From Candidatus Poriferihabitaceae bacterium (GTDB lineage Bacteria > Pseudomonadota > Gammaproteobacteria > Arenicellales > Poriferihabitantaceae), in assembly GCA_965237995.1 (NCBI GenBank), contig CBDEGO010000004.1:451780-515779 (forward strand): a stretch of 64,000 bases of DNA, in the 5' to 3' direction. The translations under genes were made by a program, and so were the position numbers. Positions 25,099 to 34,621 of this stretch are shown here, piece by piece. The first letter of the stretch is position 1; every line of letters starts with the position of its first letter. The notes beneath the pieces were generated by a model. That model saw only the letters and a list, made by a program, of their open reading frames with translations, was not told where the DNA came from and made no database searches.

Positions 25099-26570
25099 AG
25101 TTTAGATACTCCCTATTTGCCAAGCTGTCTCTTGGCTTATTAATTTTACTGCTTTCTATCGGCATGATATACGCCGTATTAAGCTCGATTGTGGCGAAGA
25201 ATTACGTTGAGCAATTGAATCAAGACTTACACCGTTCATTAGCGGACAATTTGGTTGCGGATAAAAATCTAGTTTCGGAAGGCGAGATTAATCAGCTTGC
25301 TCTACAAGAAACATTTCGTCAGTACATGGTGGTTAATCCGAGTATAGAAATATATCTCTTAGATTTGCAGGGCAAGCTAATTGCCTACTCGGCTGATCCG
25401 GGCGTAGTAAAACGCGATAGAGTATCGTTGCGACCCATATTTTCTTTTTTAGATGGTACAGAACAATACCCAATGGGTGACGATCCGCGTAGCCACGATA
25501 AGCGCAAGCCATTTTCGGTGACTACTGTGCCGAGCCCAGATAAAGCTGAGGGTTATTTGTACGTGGTGTTACGCGGGGAGCAATACGAGAAGATAGAGCA
25601 ATTAGCGCAAGAGAGCTATTTCCTGCGATTTAGTGGTTGGGCTGTTTTTATAAGCTTAGCGCTAGGCTTGCTCGCTGGGCTGCTGGTGTTTTACTTCCTA
25701 ACTAGACGACTGCGCAACTTTAGTAAGCAAATAGAGGCCTTTGAGCGCAGTGGAGCCACCCATGAAACACGCTCTTCTATGAATGAAAAAGGCGATGAAA
25801 TCGACCAAATAAACCATACGTTTACAAACATGGCGGAGCGCATCCGAGCGCAGATCGGTCAGCTTGAGGCAAAAGATACCGAACGTAGACAGTTAGTGGC
25901 ACAAATATCGCATGATTTACGCACACCACTTGCTTCTATGCTGGGCTATATTGAATCGCTAGAGTTGAAGAAAGCAAGCCTTACAGAAGCTGAAAAAGAG
26001 TCATTTTTAGCCGTAGCTCACAAACAGGGTCGGCGTTTAAGTCGAATGATTGAAGCCTTGTTTGAACTATCCAGCTTGGAAGCGCAGGAAACTGAACCAA
26101 CCATTGAAACATTTGCACCCGCCGAATGGCTTTATGATGTCGCGCAAAAACATAAGCTTAGGGTTGAAAAACATGGTTTACGTATAGAGGTAGATGTTCA
26201 AGAGCAAGGCTTACTCGCATTAGCAGATTTATCGCTGTTAGAACGAGTAATGGATAATCTAATAGATAATGCCATTAGCCACGCGAAAGCAACGGGAACC
26301 TTAAGTTTAAGTTTAACTACAGAAGGCGATAAAGTCGCTATTAGCGTGACGGATCAGGGGCAAGGGATTTCAGAAAACGAGCTAAAGAATTTGTTTGAAC
26401 CTTTCGTTACTACTGATGGCCCTACCAAACATGATGCTCAACAGCGTCATGCTGGCTTAGGTTTGGCCATAGCTAAACGCATCATGCACATACTGGATGG
26501 TGACATTGTGGCTAAAAGTGAACCAGATTATGGTACGGTGTTTACCTTGTGCATACCGAAGTTTCATTAA
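25095..26570 (+). CDS. Sensor histidine kinase (periplasmic sensor, HAMP, HisKA, HATPase)
   Basis: Two TM segments flank a loop of about 150 aa. The H-box is SHDLRTPLASM. The N, G1 and G2 boxes are DNLIDNAISH, DQGQGI and GLGLAIAKR. ATGA start/stop overlap with the response regulator gene. Confidence 0.85.
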   Translation: MKFRYSLFAKLSLGLLILLLSIGMIYAVLSSIVAKNYVEQLNQDLHRSLADNLVADKNLVSEGEINQLALQETFRQYMVVNPSIEIYLLDLQGKLIAYSADPGVVKRDRVSLRPIFSFLDGTEQYPMGDDPRSHDKRKPFSVTTVPSPDKAEGYLYVVLRGEQYEKIEQLAQESYFLRFSGWAVFISLALGLLAGLLVFYFLTRRLRNFSKQIEAFERSGATHETRSSMNEKGDEIDQINHTFTNMAERIRAQIGQLEAKDTERRQLVAQISHDLRTPLASMLGYIESLELKKASLTEAEKESFLAVAHKQGRRLSRMIEALFELSSLEAQETEPTIETFAPAEWLYDVAQKHKLRVEKHGLRIEVDVQEQGLLALADLSLLERVMDNLIDNAISHAKATGTLSLSLTTEGDKVAISVTDQGQGISENELKNLFEPFVTTDGPTKHDAQQRHAGLGLAIAKRIMHILDGDIVAKSEPDYGTVFTLCIPKFH

Positions 26571-26698
26571 CTCTAAGGTTTTGGCGGGTTTTAGAGTGAA
26601 AAAATGCGTCTGTTATAATTTTGTTACAACTACGTGAAGTACATGTCACAAAAACTAACTATAGTGTTGCCTGAAAGATCAATTTTAGTGGAGAGAAC

Positions 26699-27886
26699 AT
26701 GAATCAATTTATAGAAAACATCAAATACAAACCTTTGTTGGTTGCGTGGACGGGGATTGCCATAGCGTGCTTGTTAACGGTTGGACAAACCAATGCGAAA
26801 GCAGAAGGTAAGGCCGCCGAGGCCATTTTTGCGGGTGGTTGTTTTTGGTGCATCGAAGCAAGCATGGAGAAAATCGAAGGCGTTACAGAAGCTATTTCCG
26901 GCTATACCGGCGGGACGATTGAGCAGCCGACGTATAAGCAAGTAGGCGGCGGTAAGACTAATCATACCGAAGCCGTTAAGGTGATCTATAACCCTGAACA
27001 AGTCAGCTATGATGAGCTACTGGATGCATTTTGGAAGCAGTTTGACCCAACTGATGCGGGAGGTTCGTTCGTAGATCGTGGTCGCCAGTATCGCCCAGGC
27101 ATTTTTTACGCGTCTGAAGAGCAGCGTCAATTAGCCATTGCTTCGCGCGATGCATTAGATGCAACGGGTCGCTTTGATAAACCGATCGCTACGGAAATCA
27201 CCGAACTTACAAAGTTTTGGGATGCTGAAAAATACCATCAGGATTATTACAAAACTAATCCAGTTCGATATAACTACTATCGGTTTGGTTCGGGCCGCGA
27301 TCAATGGTTAGAAAAAACCTGGGGTGAAGAGCTACACACCAAGTCGAAGAAAAAAACAATTGAAGACAAAGAAACGGTTGCAAACACTGAAACCGATGAG
27401 ATGAAGGTCGCTACTGCCTCAATGACTGAAGAACAACTTAAACAAAAGTACCAAAAGCCATCAGATGACGAGCTTAAAGAGAAACTAACGCCTATTCAAT
27501 ATCGTGTAACGCAACATGAAGGTACGGAACGTCCGTACAAAAATGATTACCACGACAATAAAGAGGCCGGTATTTACGTTGATATCGTGTCGGGCGAGCC
27601 ACTTTTCTCATCGGTCGATAAATTCGATTCCGGAACTGGTTGGCCAAGTTTTGATCGGCCTATTGATGATCAATTTGTGGTGAAGAAGACAGACTACAAA
27701 CTGATTTTACCCCGCACAGAAGTACGTAGTAAATATGGTGACTCCCATCTTGGACATGTATTTAAAGACGGCCCTTCAACAACAGGCTTGCGCTATTGCA
27801 TCAATTCTGCATCGCTTCGCTTTATTCCTGATGAAGAATTAGAAAAGGAAGGTTACGGTCAGTACATGGCACAATTTTCAAAATAG
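26699..27886 (+). CDS. msrAB: Exported bifunctional methionine sulfoxide reductase MsrA-MsrB fusion
   Basis: An N-terminal signal/anchor is followed by the MsrA active site GGCFWC, a charged linker of about 60 aa, and MsrB motifs (GWPSF, HLGHVF, RYCINS). Confidence 0.9.
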   Translation: MNQFIENIKYKPLLVAWTGIAIACLLTVGQTNAKAEGKAAEAIFAGGCFWCIEASMEKIEGVTEAISGYTGGTIEQPTYKQVGGGKTNHTEAVKVIYNPEQVSYDELLDAFWKQFDPTDAGGSFVDRGRQYRPGIFYASEEQRQLAIASRDALDATGRFDKPIATEITELTKFWDAEKYHQDYYKTNPVRYNYYRFGSGRDQWLEKTWGEELHTKSKKKTIEDKETVANTETDEMKVATASMTEEQLKQKYQKPSDDELKEKLTPIQYRVTQHEGTERPYKNDYHDNKEAGIYVDIVSGEPLFSSVDKFDSGTGWPSFDRPIDDQFVVKKTDYKLILPRTEVRSKYGDSHLGHVFKDGPSTTGLRYCINSASLRFIPDEELEKEGYGQYMAQFSK

Positions 27887-27924
27887 CCATTGAGTTAACG
27901 ATTTACACATTAGGGCTTAGCGAG

Positions 27925-28698
27925 ATGAACATAAAGAGATGCTTTGCAACAAAGGGCTTAACCTTATTATCTGCAATGGTTTTATTAAGTGGGTACACCT
28001 CAGTTAATGCAGAATCTCAGACCTTTAAAAGCGGTAAAAATATTGCATCAGTGGTGGAGCTATATACCTCTGAAGGTTGCAGTAGTTGCCCTCCAGCTGA
28101 TGAATATCTTAGCCGTTTAGAGGCTAATTTAGGCGAAGAAGCTGAGTTGATTCCTTTGGCCTTTCACGTCGACTACTGGAATTACTTAGGTTGGGAAGAT
28201 CCTTTTTCTAAAGCAGAATATACCAAGCGGCAACGTCGTTTAGGTGCACTGAATAAACAGCGTACCATCTACACGCCAGAATTTATCGTAGATGGCAAAG
28301 AGTCGCGTCACCGCACCATTGGTGAAAATGTTCGTCTATCGAATGAGAGTGAAGCCAAAGCCGATATTCAGTTGCAGTTAGACCAATCGGTCACGCCAAG
28401 ACAAGCGAAGATCACTGTAGACAATATAGCCAAGCGTAGTGGCAGTGTGCTTTATGTGGCACTGTATGAAAGTGACATTACACGGCGGATTGAAAATGGA
28501 GAAAATCGTGGAAGAACGCTGCACCATGACTATGTAGTACGTGATTTACAAGGCCCAAAGCGCGTTAAAAATGGCGACACCTTATCTTTTAATTTACCGA
28601 TAAAAGAAGACTGGGTTACTGACAATATGGGCGTAGTCGTGATGGTTAAATCAAGCCACACTGGCGAAACCTTACAAGCCCTGCGCGCTGCCTTATAA
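27925..28698 (+). CDS. DUF1223 domain-containing exported thiol-redox-like protein
   Basis: A signal peptide is followed by ELYTSEGCSSCPPAD and HVDYWNYLGW, motifs I associate with DUF1223. Confidence 0.65.
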   Translation: MNIKRCFATKGLTLLSAMVLLSGYTSVNAESQTFKSGKNIASVVELYTSEGCSSCPPADEYLSRLEANLGEEAELIPLAFHVDYWNYLGWEDPFSKAEYTKRQRRLGALNKQRTIYTPEFIVDGKESRHRTIGENVRLSNESEAKADIQLQLDQSVTPRQAKITVDNIAKRSGSVLYVALYESDITRRIENGENRGRTLHHDYVVRDLQGPKRVKNGDTLSFNLPIKEDWVTDNMGVVVMVKSSHTGETLQALRAAL

Positions 28699-28783
28699 AC
28701 TTCACCTGTAACGAGGATATGGGTAAACCTGTAGTGTGCTGCCTGTACCAGCATAGATAGTAAAGGCCATCAGTAAGAATTAG

Positions 28784-29875
28784 CTATTTGGTAATAAGGT
28801 AAGCGTATTCGCGCGGCCAGTTAACCCAAATAGTCTGCCCTGTCTCAAGATGAATTTCATCTAATTCCTTTTGCTGTTTCTGGATTTTAAGCTCTACCCC
28901 TTCGTCCGTTTCTACCAACAAACTCACTACTGTCCCAATAAATTCTTCACTAATGAGTTTGCACTTAAACGTATTGGATTCTGCTGCTGTTGGTTCACTA
29001 CTAGCGATATTTAAACGGTCCGCGCTGATAACAATTTCAGCGTGATCGCCCACTTTCAAATTTTTTGATTTTTGCGCCGCAATCTCCACAGAACCAAGTT
29101 CCGTTTCAATAAGCACGGTAGTATCGCCAACTTCAGAAATCTCGCCAGATAAAATATTATTTGAGCCAACGAACTCAGCGACAAACCGTGAAGCCGGTTC
29201 ACGGAAAACTTGCTGCGGGGTGCCGATTTGTTCGATTACGCCTTTACTCATGATGATAACTCTGTCCGCCATCGCGAAAGCTTCCGACTGGCTATGCGTC
29301 ACGTAAACAAAAGTAATACCGAGTTCTTTCTGTAAACGCGACAACACGCCTTGCATGCGTACAACTAGGTTTGCATCAAGTGCGCTAAGTGGCTCGTCTA
29401 GCAATAATACCGGGGGTTCGGTGACTAATGCTCTCGCGAGCGCGACGCGTTGGCGTTGGCCTCCGGATAGCATATCCACTGGCCGCTCTGCGAATTCGGC
29501 GATCTCCATGCGTTCTAGCCATTTCATCGCGCGCTGCCTGCGTTCAGCAGCTTCTATGCCGCGCATCTTTAGCCCAAATTCCACATTCTCAATGACGTTT
29601 AAAAACGGAAATAAAGCTAGGGATTGCCACACCAGCGGCGTATCACGTTCAGAAGGCTTTAGCTCGTTAATACGATTACCGTCTAGACGAATTTCTCCTT
29701 CACTGGGTGTTTCAAGACCCGCCAGCATTCTTAACGTGGTAGTTTTTCCGCAACCACTGGAGCCCATAATCGCCAAAAATTCGCCTTTCTCGATATGAAA
29801 ACTCATTTGCTCAACCGCAACAGACTCTCCGAAGCGCTTAATGATACTGTCGAAAATAATTTGCGGTTCAGACAT
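28784..29875 (-). CDS. ABC transporter ATP-binding protein (PotA-like, C-terminal TOBE-type domain)
   Basis: Walker A GSSGCGKTT, signature LSGGQRQRVALARAL, Walker B LLLDEPLSALD. Confidence 0.9.
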   Translation of the reverse strand: MSEPQIIFDSIIKRFGESVAVEQMSFHIEKGEFLAIMGSSGCGKTTTLRMLAGLETPSEGEIRLDGNRINELKPSERDTPLVWQSLALFPFLNVIENVEFGLKMRGIEAAERRQRAMKWLERMEIAEFAERPVDMLSGGQRQRVALARALVTEPPVLLLDEPLSALDANLVVRMQGVLSRLQKELGITFVYVTHSQSEAFAMADRVIIMSKGVIEQIGTPQQVFREPASRFVAEFVGSNNILSGEISEVGDTTVLIETELGSVEIAAQKSKNLKVGDHAEIVISADRLNIASSEPTAAESNTFKCKLISEEFIGTVVSLLVETDEGVELKIQKQQKELDEIHLETGQTIWVNWPREYAYLITK

Positions 29876-30671
29876 AAGGTGTTTTCTTGGGTGTTCGGAG
29901 AATAAGAATAGTTTGCGCGATAATGATTAAGGTCATCGAAGTCAAAAACACAAATGTACCAATTGCGTTAATTTGCGGGTCAGTCGTACCTTGCAAAATT
30001 TCTAGAATGAGTACAGGAATAGTTTTATTTAGCCCCGATACAAACCAAGCGACTGCAAACTCATCAAAGGAGACCGCCATAGTTAAGCAGACGGATGAAA
30101 TCAGCGCGGGTTTTACAAACGGAATGATCACCGCTCGCATCGTACTCCATTCGCTGGCACCTAGATTCCACGCAGCTGATTCGAGATCTGGGTCCATTTG
30201 CTGCAAACGCAAGCGGATGATCGCCATAGCAAACGGAGCGCAAAGGACGGTGTGCGCAATAACGATCGTCCACAATCTGCCAGAAATACCTATCTTAGAA
30301 AACCAAGCTAGCATCGCTAACGCTAAGATGATAAGCGGAATCGTCGGCGGCAACAAAGCCAGTGCGAGATAGCTGTTCTTACCTTTAAACTGATAACGAA
30401 AATCGGTGTAGGCAGTGCAAAAACCAATAAACGTGGCAATCACACTAGTGCAAGTAGCGACGACTAAACTTTTCTTGGCGGCCTTCCAAACGTCGGGATC
30501 TGCGAATATATTTTCGTACCATTGCCAAGTAAATGACCCTAGTGGGATTGAAGGAAACCGATCAGAGTTAAATGAAAAAATAATGCTGGTGATGATCGGT
30601 GCAAACACAAATAAGAATATTAACCCTAAGTAAGCCAGTAGAGCGAAACGAACAGTGCGATCAATATTCAT
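29868..30671 (-). CDS. ABC transporter permease (PotC-like)
   Basis: Six TM segments with an EAA-type loop, ESAAWNLGASEWSTMRAVIIP. I chose the ATG at 30671 (MNIDRT...), which avoids overlap with the upstream permease. Confidence 0.8.
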   Translation of the reverse strand: MNIDRTVRFALLAYLGLIFLFVFAPIITSIIFSFNSDRFPSIPLGSFTWQWYENIFADPDVWKAAKKSLVVATCTSVIATFIGFCTAYTDFRYQFKGKNSYLALALLPPTIPLIILALAMLAWFSKIGISGRLWTIVIAHTVLCAPFAMAIIRLRLQQMDPDLESAAWNLGASEWSTMRAVIIPFVKPALISSVCLTMAVSFDEFAVAWFVSGLNKTIPVLILEILQGTTDPQINAIGTFVFLTSMTLIIIAQTILILRTPKKTPYV

Positions 30672-30678
30672 TTCGACT

Positions 30679-31539
30679 CTAGCGCTTCTTACTGTAGGCC
30701 AATTTGATGGCGGTAAAGGCCACAACCATTAGCGTTAACATCATCATCACTGCAATCACTGCCGCCCTAGGCCACTGTTGACCAGACTTGGTAGTATCTA
30801 TAATAAGTATAGTTAAAGTGGGCGGTTTGGAGCCGCCCAAATAATAAGGTGCGACGAAATCACCAAATGACATAATAAAGCAAAAAACTGCGCCAATAAT
30901 TAAGCCCACTTTGGCCGAGGGTAATATCACTTTTAAAATGACTTTCAGCCTGCTCGCACCTAAGTTTTGCGCCGCTTCAATTAGATTACGATCTACATTG
31001 GCCATCGAAATAGTTTGTAGAATGATCACTAAAGGCAGAGTGAGCGTCATATAGCCAATTAGAGTGCCGAATTGGGTGTTCAGCATTTTGTAGGGACCAA
31101 GCCCAATATTGGCTAGCAAGGCATTAATCACTCCCGATTCAGCCAGTATGACAAACCATGAAAAGGTGCGTACTAAGTAGCTGGTGAAAAATGGAATAAT
31201 TAACAAAAAGATGATCCAGCGCCGCGTGCTTTCAGAGACTTTAAACGCTAAGCCGTAAGAAGCTGGAAAGGCCAGACACGAAGCCACAACGGTGGCTAGC
31301 GTCGCCATTGCAAAGGTATAGAAATAAGCATCCCAGAAATAATCTTTACTGAACATTTTGATCCAGTTTTTCATTTCGAATGCTTCGACCATGCGGTAGT
31401 TCTTTACCAAGAAAAAACTCATTGCCACCATAAACAATAGTGGCCCCACAAAAAATAACACCTGCCAGATGATCATAGGCAAGCGCCATGTCATGGCATA
31501 GAGATCAAATCTTGATTGCTTCACCTTAGGTGCGGACAT
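30679..31539 (-). CDS. ABC transporter permease (PotB-like)
   Basis: EAA-type loop EAAQNLGASRLKVILKVILP. The start is either the ATG at 31539 or the TTG at 31578, so it is uncertain. Confidence 0.8.
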   Translation of the reverse strand: MSAPKVKQSRFDLYAMTWRLPMIIWQVLFFVGPLLFMVAMSFFLVKNYRMVEAFEMKNWIKMFSKDYFWDAYFYTFAMATLATVVASCLAFPASYGLAFKVSESTRRWIIFLLIIPFFTSYLVRTFSWFVILAESGVINALLANIGLGPYKMLNTQFGTLIGYMTLTLPLVIILQTISMANVDRNLIEAAQNLGASRLKVILKVILPSAKVGLIIGAVFCFIMSFGDFVAPYYLGGSKPPTLTILIIDTTKSGQQWPRAAVIAVMMMLTLMVVAFTAIKLAYSKKR

Positions 31540-31595
31540 TGAATCTACAGATGCTAGATGTTGGTCTATTCGGCGCAACCGATTTATACAAAATA

Positions 31596-31648
31596 ATAGA
31601 TGGCCGTAGCCATCTATTGCAAGTGTTGTTGCGGCTTATTCGAGCCGC
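31596..31648 (-). terminator. Intercistronic hairpins after the binding-protein gene (possible attenuator/stabiliser)
   Basis: A 9-bp perfect stem ATAGATGGC/GCCATCTAT (31596-31617) is followed on the minus strand by TATTTTGT. A second 6-bp stem GCGGCT/AGCCGC lies at 31631-31648. Confidence 0.45.
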
Positions 31649-31667
31649 ACGACATAAGCCTGACAAA

Positions 31668-32816
31668 TTAGGCGTTTTTGTACTCAGACCAAAAATCATT
31701 CCATGTTTCTAAGTCTTGTTGCTTAGGTAGGCCGCGGTAGTGAATTTTACCCTCGTTGATTAACGCGACAGGGTCGTTCACCGCGCCAGTTACTTGGCCA
31801 GTACGTTGCGCTTCTTTAGGGTCAACTTCGTTGAGCATTTTACGGCCAGAATTCGTCACCGCGAAACCGGGATAACCCAGCATTTGCGCCGTCTTCACCT
31901 GCCCTGGCGCTGAAATCGTATATTCAAGATACTTCTTTACGATGTCTTTTTTGGTGGAAGTAGACACAATGCTATAAGACTCTGTCCACTGAATGCCGCC
32001 TTCTTTGGGTACTACAGAGCTTACCGGTGCGCCATCGCGCTCTAGAATGCCGGTTACCCAATCACCAATTCCGACCATGGCAAGCATTTCGCCATTCTTA
32101 AGCCCAGCGAAGGTGCCGCCAAAATCAAAATAACCGCCAACCTGAGACTTAAGCGATAAAGTCTTATCTTGAACTGCTTGCCATGCATCTGAGGAAATAT
32201 CGAATGGCCCTGGATTGTTATTGCCATTTAATAAGCTGATTTGCCCAAGAGAAGGTAGGTGCCAATCAAAGTGACCCACTTTACCTTTTAGCTTAGGGTC
32301 CCAAAAAACGTCGTAGGACATCGCTTCTTCCTTTGAGATTTCGTTTTTATTATAAGACACACCTAAATGTCCGTAACGACTGATTAAAGAATACAATTTG
32401 CCCTCTTTCCAATGACCAGAGAAATTTCTGAAGTCGTCATGCATCAAATCATCCATTGGATAATCCGCTGGATTAAGCTCGTCCACTAATTCTGAATCAA
32501 TTAATAACTGCGCGTACTCTGCATCGGTATGAATCAGATCAAATGTGCCCGGGGGGTTTTGCGCTAGCGCGGCTAACATGTTGTCACCACCCGCATAATA
32601 TTTAGGCACGAACTTCACATTATTCGCAGCTTCAAACTCTGCCACCATGTCAGGTTCTGCTGTGCCGTACCAACCAAGCATATTGATTTCAGTGGGTTCT
32701 GCATAAGCTTTGTTAGAGGTGATAATCATCGGCATGGCTAAAGCGCCAGTCGCTAAAGTCGATGATTTTAAAAACTTTCTTCTGCTGATGTTGCTAGTGA
32801 ATTTTGACTGACTCAT
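31668..32816 (-). CDS. Periplasmic solute-binding protein (PotD/PotF-like) with a Tat-type signal
   Basis: Twin-arginine leader SRRKFLKSSTLATGALAMP...AYA. Size and sequence are typical of a family-1 extracellular solute-binding protein. Confidence 0.8.
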   Translation of the reverse strand: MSQSKFTSNISRRKFLKSSTLATGALAMPMIITSNKAYAEPTEINMLGWYGTAEPDMVAEFEAANNVKFVPKYYAGGDNMLAALAQNPPGTFDLIHTDAEYAQLLIDSELVDELNPADYPMDDLMHDDFRNFSGHWKEGKLYSLISRYGHLGVSYNKNEISKEEAMSYDVFWDPKLKGKVGHFDWHLPSLGQISLLNGNNNPGPFDISSDAWQAVQDKTLSLKSQVGGYFDFGGTFAGLKNGEMLAMVGIGDWVTGILERDGAPVSSVVPKEGGIQWTESYSIVSTSTKKDIVKKYLEYTISAPGQVKTAQMLGYPGFAVTNSGRKMLNEVDPKEAQRTGQVTGAVNDPVALINEGKIHYRGLPKQQDLETWNDFWSEYKNA

Positions 32817-32902
32817 AGTTTTATTTCTCTACTGATGATGAATGGGTTGCGCCATTTACTGCGCGCAAACTGCTGCTGGCCTCTATCGTGTTATGCTATG
32901 CT

Positions 32903-33532
32903 TTACCCAATTTCAGGGAAGCAATCTTCTGCTTTGAATGACGCAAAACTATCCAGCGTTTGCCGATTACATTGCTCTTGAATAGCTGAACCACGTATCA
33001 CGCAGGATGACATTTTATAGTTGGCGTACATCTTAGCGCTGGCTTCGTTATCTTCGATGCATACAGCTGCAATTCCAGCCACTATACCGCCTTGTCGCTC
33101 AACTAATTCAATACCTGAAGTCATGGTTCCGCCGGTCTCAATCCACTGGTCAACAAGTAACACGCGCGTACCTTTGGCAAAAGCAGGCTTACGCATTTCC
33201 ATCGATTCAGTTTGACCAGAGTAATTAGTCATCGGCACAACATCGAATTCTACGGGAATCTTACCGCCTTTGCGAATGGTCAAAAAACCTTTGCGCAATT
33301 TGGTTGCCATGCCCGCACCTAGCACGAACCCAGCCGCGTCAAACCCTGCCACTACATCAATTTCACTCGCGTCAAAGGGCTTTAGCAAATCATCCATCAT
33401 TGCGTGGAATGAATCGGCGTTGATATAAGCTGAAGATGGATCAAGCCAAGCGTATTTTTCACCGCGAGAACGCGGAGCCATCAAGTCTAAGTACCATCTA
33501 TCGCTACGATCATTTGTTTCGCTATTGCTCAT
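32903..33532 (-). CDS. Adenine-phosphoribosyltransferase-like type I PRTase
   Basis: The APRT-like core reads GFDAAGFVLGAGMATKLRKGFLTIRKGGKIP. The PRPP loop is VLLVDQWIETGGTM. Confidence 0.7.
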   Translation of the reverse strand: MSNSETNDRSDRWYLDLMAPRSRGEKYAWLDPSSAYINADSFHAMMDDLLKPFDASEIDVVAGFDAAGFVLGAGMATKLRKGFLTIRKGGKIPVEFDVVPMTNYSGQTESMEMRKPAFAKGTRVLLVDQWIETGGTMTSGIELVERQGGIVAGIAAVCIEDNEASAKMYANYKMSSCVIRGSAIQEQCNRQTLDSFASFKAEDCFPEIG

Positions 33533-34268
33533 CGTTATTTATGTTCTCTAATAGGTTGTCTAGGAGGGCAGCGTCCAAATTATAAAAATCGCCCGGTTGG
33601 CTAATGCCAGTCGCCACAAGAATGGCGTCTAAATGTTGTGCATAGCTAGCAACATTCTCCGGAGTAATTCCAGAGGCAAGCCCTAAGCTACACTCGTCGA
33701 TGTGATTTCGAAAGAGTGTCACTTTGTCTACACCCGCTTCAACGCCCGTTGCAGTACCAGAAGTCGTGACGACATCCATCCACTTAGCGGCAATTGTGGC
33801 AGAAACAGGCCAATCGGTTTCTTTTACTTCGCGCTGCTTTTTAAAGACCGTGCCACCAAAATAAATGCCTGACCAACCGCATTGTTTTTTAACAGCTAAG
33901 GATTCAGCCGCTTCTGGCTGATCGTTTACATCACAGCTCTCGTCAATTCTAGCATCATCGGCCCAATAGCCATCGATTCGACAGCCTTCATCTTCCAGTT
34001 CGGCGAGTATTGGAAAAGCAATGTTACCAGGTACCGCTAAAAAATTCAGGCCAAGCCAAATGTTCGGATAAGCTACGCGCACCGCTTTAACAATCGGTAG
34101 AAAAGGTTCGACCCCAAAGTCATGATTAATCAGAAAAACCCCCGCAACGCCTTTGTTGATAGCCAGTTCAACATTTCTCAAAGCTTGTTCGGTGTCGAGA
34201 ACATGAATCACCGGAAATACAGCAGGGCCATCGACCTTGAAGGTTTTTTTGAAATCAAGTCGATGCAT
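33522..34268 (-). CDS. BtpA/SgcQ-like TIM-barrel protein
   Basis: FPVIHVLD near the N-terminus and a C-terminal phosphate-binding-like segment, LGLASGITPENV...AILVATGIS. The family assignment is by eye only. Confidence 0.45.
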   Translation of the reverse strand: MHRLDFKKTFKVDGPAVFPVIHVLDTEQALRNVELAINKGVAGVFLINHDFGVEPFLPIVKAVRVAYPNIWLGLNFLAVPGNIAFPILAELEDEGCRIDGYWADDARIDESCDVNDQPEAAESLAVKKQCGWSGIYFGGTVFKKQREVKETDWPVSATIAAKWMDVVTTSGTATGVEAGVDKVTLFRNHIDECSLGLASGITPENVASYAQHLDAILVATGISQPGDFYNLDAALLDNLLENINNDEQ

Positions 34269-34621
34269 ATTCGAGTAAAAGTGGGCGATTAAATTACGAC
34301 AGTTAAGTTAGTCAGTATAGCGTCTAAGGTCTGTAGACACTTCACATTGGCAACGACAGGAAACGACATACAAGTGCCGACATGCCCTGATAATTTTGCA
34401 CTAATTTATCATACCGTATAGCGATTAACTTGAGTTCTTCAATCTAGCCCATACCGCTTCAACCAAATAACAACATTTGCGTAAGCGCCCATCCAGGCCA
34501 TTACCATCAATAATCAGATTATTTTTACTGGGAATTCACTCCACCCTAAAACCTAGCGCGGAGTGGACAAACCCGCCGTCAACCCCGTTGGACTAATCGC
34601 GTTTTAGTACTGGTGAACCCA

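Noticed and set aside
29355-30633. Long antisense ORFs 29355-29798 (147 aa), 29887-30372 (161 aa) and 30415-30633 on the + strand
   Set aside because: They are antisense to ABC ATPase and permease genes that carry unambiguous Walker and EAA motifs. Their products are Ser/Arg/Ala-rich with no motifs.
34269-34621. Riboswitch or decayed norD remnant in the 350-bp ORF-free region
   Set aside because: I compared the region by eye with purine, ykkC/guanidine and PRPP-type consensus elements and found no convincing match. Short translations gave nothing recognisable. I report it only as an unexplained gap inside two findings, not as a feature.
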